Source: Deltaproteobacteria bacterium
Lineage (GTDB): Bacteria; Desulfobacterota; Dissulfuribacteria; Dissulfuribacterales; JALVPX01
Direction: 5' to 3'
Assembly (NCBI GenBank): GCA_027031565.1
Contig: JALVPX010000159.1
Span: 1 to 33,548 of the forward strand
DNA length: 33,548 nucleotides
Shown here: positions 18,504-25,310 of the stretch, in pieces
How positions within the stretch are numbered: the first letter of the stretch is position 1
How the letters are laid out: each line of letters starts with the position of its first letter
Notes under the pieces: model-generated
What the model saw: only the letters and a program-made list of their open reading frames with translations
The model's database searches: none
Told to the model about the DNA's origin: nothing
Translations under genes and position numbers: made by a program

Positions 18504-19544
18504 TTAATCGGTGTTCTGTGGCGGCGGAGAGAACCGCAATTTGTCGATTGTTTCGTCATTAAAGGGGACTGCCTGCACCACGTTTGTTTCCTTCCCCTTG
18601 ACCCCTTTTACAATGACATTGCAGGGCTCTTCTGGATCAACCTTACAATATCTGAGCAATACAGAGGCTGCCTCTTCAATTGGAGGAGGCTGTTTGTACC
18701 TGCGCAACAGACCTGTGGGCCCAGATCCGTCCTTATATTGCAGTAACAAGTCATCTCCCCTGGCCAGCTTCACCACTTTGCTGTTTTCCGTTTGGTTCCG
18801 GCCCACCGCAAACCAGCTGTTGCCGCTCAACAAGAAATGCCGGCCGACCTGTGCGAGCAGAAAATCATTGGCATCGAGGTTGTCCCACAGGGACAACATG
18901 GTTCTGAATCTTTCAGACAATATGGGATCTGCAAGGGCGCATCCGCCTGCAGGGCTGGGGTATTCCGTAATGGAATATTTTTCTGCCAGGGCCATTTGTC
19001 CTTTTCGTCCGCGGCCTGATAAGGAAAGGAGTTTGCTACGGTCAACGAGCCCCTCCTCTTCTACTCGTGTCGGTTTCAAGTTTTTTGCACAAAGTGGCCT
19101 TAGTAAAAGGCCTTCTGCCCCGCTGTCCCTTTCAATTATTCTCAGCGTATCCCTCCTCTGGGACATTGGTCTTTGACCAATGACTTCTCCTGTGGCAATA
19201 AAAGATGCCCCTGTTTCCTTCATCAATGAAAGCGCCTGCTTGATCATCAAGATCTTGCAATCGATGCAGGGGTTCAGATAGCGGCCGTATCCATGTGCAG
19301 GGTTCTTCAGCATTTTGAGATACTCATCTGTAATATCAACTACCATAAGGTCAATGCCGTACTTCCTTTTGACCTCGCTTATCCACGCCTCTTTGTCTTC
19401 CTTTATATGGTAGCTGAAAAATGGAGTAATGCATTGAAGCGCGATTACCACGATGGACTGCTCTTGCAGTACCTTGCAGGCCAGGATGGAATCGAGCCCG
19501 CCTGAAAACAGGACTATTGCCTTGGTCTTCTTTCCGGATTCCAT
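18504..19544 (-). CDS. PP-loop ATP pyrophosphatase, ThiI/MnmA-like tRNA sulfurtransferase family, with no THUMP domain
   Basis: AIVLFSGGLDS is the PP-loop, and NPCIDCK and FIATGEVIGQRPMSQ are also present. I prefer the ATG at 19544 (TGAcATG junction with the recN stop). The 44-codon upstream extension would overlap recN by about 130 nt. Confidence 0.7.
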   Translation of the reverse strand: MESGKKTKAIVLFSGGLDSILACKVLQEQSIVVIALQCITPFFSYHIKEDKEAWISEVKRKYGIDLMVVDITDEYLKMLKNPAHGYGRYLNPCIDCKILMIKQALSLMKETGASFIATGEVIGQRPMSQRRDTLRIIERDSGAEGLLLRPLCAKNLKPTRVEEEGLVDRSKLLSLSGRGRKGQMALAEKYSITEYPSPAGGCALADPILSERFRTMLSLWDNLDANDFLLAQVGRHFLLSGNSWFAVGRNQTENSKVVKLARGDDLLLQYKDGSGPTGLLRRYKQPPPIEEAASVLLRYCKVDPEEPCNVIVKGVKGKETNVVQAVPFNDETIDKLRFSPPPQNTD

Positions 19545-19545
19545 G

Positions 19546-21210
19546 TCAGCGGCTTTCTTTGAGCAAACGGCTTGCGAAGGAGGCCGCCTCCTCGCCCTGA
19601 TCACCCAGCATTCGTTTAAGCTCGTCAAGGCGCTCACTTCCAGACAACACGGCAAGTGTTGAAACCGTTCTTTCACCTTCTACCCTTTTGGATACCTGCA
19701 AATGACAGTCTGCCAGGGCTGCGATCTGCGGAAAGTGCGTTATGGCTATAACTTGACCATACCCAGCAAGTTTTCGAAGTTTTGCGCCTACCCTGCCTGC
19801 TGCTTCACCTCCAATACCGGCATCTATTTCATCAAAGATCATGGATTCCATCCCAGCCTTTGCGGCAAAAACGGACCTAAGCGCAAGCATGACCCTGGAA
19901 AGCTCGCCGCCAGAGGCAATAGAGGCCAGAGGCTTTGGCTCTTCTCCGATATTTGGGGAAAAAACAAACTCCACCTCTTCCATGCCCTCTGATGTGACAT
20001 CCTCGACACGGGGTTTTTGGGGTATGTGAATATTGACCGCGAACCGGGCTTCATGGAACTGAAGTTCAGCAAGTTCCTTTTCAACGGCTTTGGCCAGGGT
20101 GCGGCTGCCAGCTATGCGCTTTTCATAAAGAATGCCGGCAAGCTCCAACAAACGCTCCTCGCTTTCCTTGAGCGCCTTTTCAAGATGAGCAATATCGTTT
20201 TCCATCTCTTCTAGCTCCCGCAGGCGCCGGGCACACATCTCCTTGTGTTCGAGCACGTCTTTCAGTTCAGGACCAAAGCGTCGTTTGAGCTGGCGTATGG
20301 CATAAAACCGTTCTTCCAGCTTGCTTAAAAGGGCTGGGTCGGCTGCCAGTCCGTTGATGTAATCCCTTATGCCATAGGCGACCTCCTGGATTTGATAAAC
20401 GCAAGATTCAAGTTCCTTTTCGAGCTGTTCAAGGCCTTGATCAAGGGCACACATTTTGGCCAAATGCTGCTGGCAATCGGCCAGAATCTCCAAAACGGCC
20501 CCCTTTTCCACATATAGTTTTCCATAGGCTTCCTCGGCCAGAGCGCGGAGCCTGTCAGCACTTTTCAGAACCTGTAATTTCTGTTCAAGCTGCAGGTCTT
20601 CGTCTTGGTGAGGGTCCACCGTTGAAATGGCCTCCATTTCTTTTTGAAGAAGTTCCATCTCCTCTTGCCTGCCCTGAAGGGCCTTTTTCTGCTTCTCAAG
20701 ATTCGCGGCAAGCCGTTTGGTCTCACGGAAACGGTCTTGAAAAGCTGCCAGTTGGCGTTCAAGTCCGCAGTAAGAATCCAACAAATGCCTGTGCCTGCCC
20801 CTGTTCAGGAGGTCTTGATACTCGTGCTGCCCGGAAATGGATAAAAGGCTGCCCATGATATATTTAAGGTTTTTTGCACTGATCATGCTGCCGTTGGCGT
20901 ATATCCGGCCGCGGCCTTCTCTGGGTATGATCCGCCTAACAATGAGTTCATCTTCTGCCTCCAGGCCTATTTCTTCCAAGAACCCTTGGGCAGGCCTAGG
21001 CAGGGCAAAAAGCGCTTGGATTTCTGCCTGTTTCGCACCCCTTCTAACCAGGGAGGGATCCGCCTTGGCACCCATGAGGAGTTGGAGGGCCTTGATAATC
21101 AGGGATTTGCCCGCCCCGGTTTCGCCGGTTATTGCAGTGAAACCAGGCCCGAGTTGTGCCTGGGCAGCCTTAAACAGCACAAAATTTCTGATATTTATCT
21201 CCAAAAGCAT
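19546..21210 (-). CDS. recN: DNA repair protein RecN
   Basis: MLLEINIRNFVLF...FTAITGETGAGKSLII is the Walker A region. A long coiled-coil middle follows. The C-terminus carries the SMC signature ASGGELSRVMLAL and Walker B MIFDEIDAGIGG. Confidence 0.95.
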   Translation of the reverse strand: MLLEINIRNFVLFKAAQAQLGPGFTAITGETGAGKSLIIKALQLLMGAKADPSLVRRGAKQAEIQALFALPRPAQGFLEEIGLEAEDELIVRRIIPREGRGRIYANGSMISAKNLKYIMGSLLSISGQHEYQDLLNRGRHRHLLDSYCGLERQLAAFQDRFRETKRLAANLEKQKKALQGRQEEMELLQKEMEAISTVDPHQDEDLQLEQKLQVLKSADRLRALAEEAYGKLYVEKGAVLEILADCQQHLAKMCALDQGLEQLEKELESCVYQIQEVAYGIRDYINGLAADPALLSKLEERFYAIRQLKRRFGPELKDVLEHKEMCARRLRELEEMENDIAHLEKALKESEERLLELAGILYEKRIAGSRTLAKAVEKELAELQFHEARFAVNIHIPQKPRVEDVTSEGMEEVEFVFSPNIGEEPKPLASIASGGELSRVMLALRSVFAAKAGMESMIFDEIDAGIGGEAAGRVGAKLRKLAGYGQVIAITHFPQIAALADCHLQVSKRVEGERTVSTLAVLSGSERLDELKRMLGDQGEEAASFASRLLKESR

Positions 21211-21252
21211 GGCAGCTGGAATATACTTTATTTTTGAAAAGTGAAAAACTTG

Positions 21253-21396
21253 AGGCTGCGTCTAAAAATTAGGATTTTTGTTCAAGGGCAAGGTGCATAG
21301 AAAAATAATCACAGACATGTTGTTGATATTTCGAGGATTATTTTTTTGAGTGCAACGCAGCCAACGTGGCAAAAAGACAATTTTTAGAGGTAGCCT
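21253..21396. repeat. Small palindromic repeat element, copy 2 (~144 nt)
   Basis: It aligns end to end with 12528..12668. Termini are aggctgcgtctaaaaatt and aatttttagaggtagcct. Differences are a few substitutions and 2 nt indels in A/T runs. It begins 42 nt upstream of the recN ATG. Confidence 0.85.
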
Positions 21397-21430
21397 AAAG
21401 TATTTCCTTGAAAGACAGAACTATTTTAAT

Positions 21431-21800
21431 AACTGCCCGTTAATGGGGTGGCTGGTGTGTCTCCTTCACCATTTTTAAAGGTCTGCGTGCGTCTGCAACG
21501 GCTCTTACATCCTCTTCACGTTAAAAATGGTTCAGGAGCCATCCCCAGCCGCCGTCCCCACGACTGTGCATTCAAAAAGCTTTTTATCCCGAAGGGTCTT
21601 TGATTCCCATGCCTTAAAATCGACGATACAGGTTTTTAAAAAGTCTTTTTGAAAGAAAAGCTGTTGGGTTTATACGCAGGTGCGGATCAGGTCTAGTGTG
21701 TGGCTCCTGAAGAGTTTTCGGCGTGAATGGGGCCAGGATGTGGAGTAGCTGCACGAAAAGAACTCTGAAAACTCTGAAGGAGACACCACTAGACCTTGTA
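21431..21800. repeat. Large foldback repeat, copy A (two ~105 nt hairpins flanking an AT-rich core); candidate MITE or structured ncRNA
   Basis: Hairpin 1 spans 21447..21553 and hairpin 2 spans 21690..21795. Hairpin 2 is a diverged reverse complement of hairpin 1. The unit has no ORF and repeats at 21851.. and 31341.. Confidence 0.85.
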
Positions 21801-21850
21801 AGGGAAATAATTATTTCACATTAATACGTGCTTTTGTGAGGTCAGTTTTT

Positions 21851-22205
21851 AACTGTCTTTAATGGGGCGGCTGGAGTGTCTCCTTCACCATTTTTAAAGG
21901 TCTGCCGTGCGACTGCCTAGGTTCTTCATTTTCTTCACGTTAAAAATGGTTCAGGAGCCAACCCCAGCCACCGCTTCCACGTATGTACCACCTAAAAGCA
22001 TTTTTTATCTCAAAGAGTCTTTGATTCTCATGCTATTAAAAAATGACGGCACCGCCCTTTAAAAAGTCATTTTAAAAGAAAAGCATTTTTGTTTGTACGC
22101 AAGGAGATTGAGTCTAAATAGTGGCTCTCGAATGGTTTTCGGTGTGAATGGGGCCAGGATTCGGTTTAATTTCGCCCAAACGAAAGTGGCTAAAGTTGCT
22201 GGTTA
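21851..22205. repeat. Large foldback repeat, copy B (tandem to A, 420 nt offset; 3' hairpin degenerate)
   Basis: Hairpin 1 (21864..21973) differs from copy A at 13 of ~111 hand-aligned positions. The core is recognisably homologous. The 5' arm of hairpin 2 is present (22110..22160) and the 3' arm is largely lost. Confidence 0.8.
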
Positions 22206-22345
22206 AGATCTGTTTTTGATGTCTTTCCTTGAACTTTAAGGTATAAACTGCGGTGGGATTGGCTTTTTACTGTTTAAAAAATTTCTTTTTATTCCGAAAG
22301 GTGGAGAAAGGCCTGTTATTGTCTAATCTCAGGAGGAATGACGTA

Positions 22346-24148
22346 ATGCGTAAGATTATGCGGCATAATTGGATCTTTCTATCCATGATTGTCATGGCGC
22401 TCAGCGCGCTCATTGTCATGGGTTCAATGTGTAAGGGCTGGGCCTCGGACAAATTTTCAGCCAAGGAGGCGCATTCCACAGATCCAGGTGATGCGGAAAA
22501 GATCTATTTGAGCGGGCGTATCTTGGACAGCCACAAAGAGCCTGTTCCTGATGCCAAACTTCAGATCTTGATCGATGGTAAACCGCGCCATATAAAATTG
22601 AGCGAACATGATCATGGAAGTTCCGACGATTTCGAATCTGCATCCGACGGCAGCTACCAGATAGTGCTTGAGCTGCCAAAAGGCGCCTTTGAGGCCAGCA
22701 AAGTGGAACTTTCTGTGTTCAAACCTAGTTTCAAGCCATACAAGCTTTCCATTGATCCGGCACAGCTGGCGAAAAAGGGACATGAATTTTATGGAAACTA
22801 CGATGTCATTTTGCCAAGATCAGTTGGTCCAGCCTTTTGGATAGCCACTGTCATATTTCTTTTGGCCTACGTTCTTATTTCTTTTGAGTTGCTGCACCGC
22901 ACAATTGCAGCAATGCTCGGGGCCTCACTTATATTGGTGATCAGCTATACCCTGGGGACTTTCAATCCAGAGTTTCATATCATGTCTTATGAACAGGCAG
23001 TAAAGGCCATCGACATGAACGTGATCTTTTTGCTCATGGGAATGATGGTGATCGTGGGCATCCTGAAACATACCGGGGTTTTCCAGTGGTGTGCATACAA
23101 GTCCTACAAATTGGCCAAGGGCAATGTAATGATGTTGAGCCTGATCCTCATGACCTTCACGGCAGTATCCTCAGCCTTTCTGGACAATGTCACCACGATG
23201 TTGTTGCTGACCCCTGTTACTATTGAGATTGCTTTATCCCTTTCCATTAATCCACTGGCTTTACTCATTCCAGAGGTGCTGGCATCTAATATAGGCGGTA
23301 CTGCAACACTGATAGGTGATCCTCCCAATATCATGATAGGATCCTATGCAGGTCTTACATTTGTTGAATTCGTGAAAAACTTGGCACCTATATGTGTGCT
23401 TTCCATGGCCGTGGTTTTTGTCATGACCAAACTTATTTATGGCAAAGAATATCAAGCAGCCAAGGTTGAGGACATTGAAGGTTTTATTGCAAAGCTCAGG
23501 GAAGAATACAAAATTACTGACAGCACTCTGCTCACCTTCGGTATGATAATCATGGCCATCGTGATTGGCATGTTCCTGGCACATGGAGTGCTTCACATGG
23601 AGGTAAGCATTGCAGCCCTTTTTGGAGGGGCGGTGCTCTTTACTTACGGCCTCTTAACAAAAAAGATAGATCTGCTGGAACTTATCGAAAAGGATATAGA
23701 GTGGCCCACGCTTCTATTTTTCATTTTCTTGTTTATCCTGGTAGGCGCAGTTGAGGAAGCAGGGCTTTTGGCCATCGTGGCCGACTGGGTCCTTGGTGTA
23801 TCGAAAGGCAGTCTTGTCGCCTCCATTTGTTTGATCTTGTGGGTTTCAGCCTTCATGAGCGCCTTTGTGGACAATATTCCGTTTACGGCAACCATGCTGC
23901 CCATTGTGGCATACCTCACCAGGGTAATCCCCGGAGCAGAAAGCGGCGTCTTGTGGTGGGCCCTTGCCTTTGGCGCATGTTTTGGAGGCAATGGAACCAT
24001 TATCGGCGCCAGTGCCAATGTGGTAACCGTTGGCATTGCAGAGGCCGCCGGCTACCCAATGAAATTTTTCGGTTTTATGAAAGTTGGAATGGTTTGTATG
24101 ATATTGACCGTGGCCCTAGCAAATGTGTGGCTGCTGCTTTTCTATTAA
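22346..24148 (+). CDS. ArsB/NhaD-superfamily (SLC13/CitMHS-like) anion permease with an N-terminal exported beta-sandwich domain
   Basis: The ATG at 22346 is preceded by AGGAGG. A signal/anchor is followed by a CarboxypepD_reg-like segment (IYLSGRILDSHKEPVPDAKLQILIDGK...DGSYQIVLELP...VFKPSFKPY), then about 10 transmembrane helices with the GDPPNIMIGS and FGGNGTIIGASANV hairpin motifs. Confidence 0.85.
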   Translation: MRKIMRHNWIFLSMIVMALSALIVMGSMCKGWASDKFSAKEAHSTDPGDAEKIYLSGRILDSHKEPVPDAKLQILIDGKPRHIKLSEHDHGSSDDFESASDGSYQIVLELPKGAFEASKVELSVFKPSFKPYKLSIDPAQLAKKGHEFYGNYDVILPRSVGPAFWIATVIFLLAYVLISFELLHRTIAAMLGASLILVISYTLGTFNPEFHIMSYEQAVKAIDMNVIFLLMGMMVIVGILKHTGVFQWCAYKSYKLAKGNVMMLSLILMTFTAVSSAFLDNVTTMLLLTPVTIEIALSLSINPLALLIPEVLASNIGGTATLIGDPPNIMIGSYAGLTFVEFVKNLAPICVLSMAVVFVMTKLIYGKEYQAAKVEDIEGFIAKLREEYKITDSTLLTFGMIIMAIVIGMFLAHGVLHMEVSIAALFGGAVLFTYGLLTKKIDLLELIEKDIEWPTLLFFIFLFILVGAVEEAGLLAIVADWVLGVSKGSLVASICLILWVSAFMSAFVDNIPFTATMLPIVAYLTRVIPGAESGVLWWALAFGACFGGNGTIIGASANVVTVGIAEAAGYPMKFFGFMKVGMVCMILTVALANVWLLLFY

Positions 24149-24163
24149 AAGGAGGTAGGTGAG

Positions 24164-25129
24164 ATGAGTGAAATAAGTTTTCAGCCATTAACCAAGATCT
24201 TGGTTCCCATAGATGGTAGCGAGCCCAGCAAAAGAGCAGTGGTCTTTGCAGGGTGCATGAGTCAGATTGTAGACAGGGTGAAAATGATAACTCTGCTCCA
24301 TGTACTGGCAGGAGGATATTTGGCAAGACATATGTCCAATATCGATGTCAGGGCAGGGCACTTGATAAAGAGTGACATGTTTTTCAAGCTCAAGGAACAC
24401 CATATTGCCAAAGAAGTGGTGCCTATTATGGACGAGGCCGAAAAAATATTGGAAGGGTTTGATATCAAGGCTACGGTCAATCGCGACGTAGTAGAGGGTG
24501 TGCCGGTGGATGCCATTTCCGAAGTGGCTGAAAAGGGTAACTACTCCACGATCGTGATGGGAAGAAGGGGATTGTCGCCAGTTCAAGAGGTCCTGGTTGG
24601 CAGCGTTACTTCAGGGCTTCTTCATAAGGCCATTCATCCTACTGTTTACGTGGTTGGTCACAAGGTGCTTGAACCAGAACAAAAATGCCCTATTCCGCGC
24701 ATTTTGATACCAGTTGATGGCTCTCCAGGCTCCCTGGGCGCCTTGAAGGAAATGGCGGCATTTAGCTCTAAGGCAAATGGATGTGTTGAAAAGGTGATCT
24801 TGCTTCGGGTCGTGGACATAGCCAAATATGAAAAGGCATTGAAAGAGGGCAAGGCGCTTGAAGACGAGGCTGTGGAGATCTTGAAAGATTGTAAAAATCG
24901 CCTGTTAAACAGTGGAATTAGGGAAGACAAAATTGAAATGATAGCCCGTTACGGCAGGCCTGCTGAAACTATATTGGACGTAGCAGCAGAAAATGATGTA
25001 AACATCATCATTATTGGAAGAAAAGGCCGTTCTGCTGTAAAGGAAATAGTAATGGGCAGTGTAAGCAGTCAGGTGCTTCACAAGGCCGTAGAGCCTACGG
25101 TTGCTATCGTGTGCGCCTCCACTAGCTGA
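24164..25129 (+). CDS. Tandem universal stress protein (two UspA domains)
   Basis: There are two repeats of ILVPIDGS...S..A followed by VMGRRG...GSV(T/S)S..LHKA..P(T)V..V. Confidence 0.9.
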   Translation: MSEISFQPLTKILVPIDGSEPSKRAVVFAGCMSQIVDRVKMITLLHVLAGGYLARHMSNIDVRAGHLIKSDMFFKLKEHHIAKEVVPIMDEAEKILEGFDIKATVNRDVVEGVPVDAISEVAEKGNYSTIVMGRRGLSPVQEVLVGSVTSGLLHKAIHPTVYVVGHKVLEPEQKCPIPRILIPVDGSPGSLGALKEMAAFSSKANGCVEKVILLRVVDIAKYEKALKEGKALEDEAVEILKDCKNRLLNSGIREDKIEMIARYGRPAETILDVAAENDVNIIIIGRKGRSAVKEIVMGSVSSQVLHKAVEPTVAIVCASTS

Positions 25130-25148
25130 AAATAAATCAATCAAAACC

Positions 25149-25182
25149 GGCTGCCCCCAAGTCTTACATCTTGCGGGCAGCC
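25149..25182 (+). terminator. Interrupted hairpin downstream of the usp gene
   Basis: ggctgccc (25149..25156) pairs with gggcagcc (25175..25182), and inner caag pairs with cttg. There is no clear U-tract, so the terminator call is weak. Confidence 0.3.
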
Positions 25183-25310
25183 TGTTGCCTTAAGAACCCT
25201 CTGTTTTTTTATTTCTCTCCTGGGTATTTGGAACCATCTTTCAATGTGGTATTTTTGAATAGGCGTATAAGCAGCAAAAAAAACCACATTGACGAGGTCT
25301 TGATCCAGCC

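Noticed and set aside
18511-19176. 221 aa + strand ORF, and similar long antisense ORFs at 10366..10743, 28511..29020, 5906..6403 and 15662..16111
   Set aside because: All lie entirely opposite strongly supported genes, have Ser/Arg/Leu-rich shadow composition, and carry no recognisable motifs.
21211-21260. SOS (LexA) box upstream of recN
   Set aside because: Only a weak ACTTT-n9-AAAGT inverted repeat is present. It matches none of the LexA consensus forms I know (CTGT-N8-ACAG, GAAC-N4-GTTC, GGTT-N10-ACC).
21484-21500. GTGCG(A/T)C in the hairpin 1 apical loop resembling a group II intron 5' end; hairpins resembling integron attC sites
   Set aside because: There is no domain V/VI-like sequence and no intron-encoded ORF, and the unit is too short for a group II intron. 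The attC R'/R'' core sites (GTTRRRY/RYYYAAC) are not matched, and there is no integrase.
21525-21545. tRNA-like T-arm string (ggttcaggagcc) in the large repeat
   Set aside because: No cloverleaf can be drawn: there is no acceptor or anticodon arm and the string differs from GGTTCGAATCC. No tRNA or rRNA gene was found anywhere in the window.
22187-22200. Sigma-54-like TGGC...TTGC string upstream of the permease
   Set aside because: The GG-to-GC spacing is 10 nt instead of the 12 nt in TGGCAC-N5-TTGC, so it does not fit a -24/-12 promoter.
21431-22205. Possible CRISPR array, because repeated units occur in an ORF-free region
   Set aside because: The repeat period is about 420 nt, the units are long homologous blocks rather than short repeats separated by unique spacers, and there are no cas genes.
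22253-22345. GTG-start N-terminal extension of the permease ORF
   Set aside because: It lies in decayed repeat sequence and has no RBS. The ATG at 22346 has an AGGAGG and begins a proper signal/anchor.
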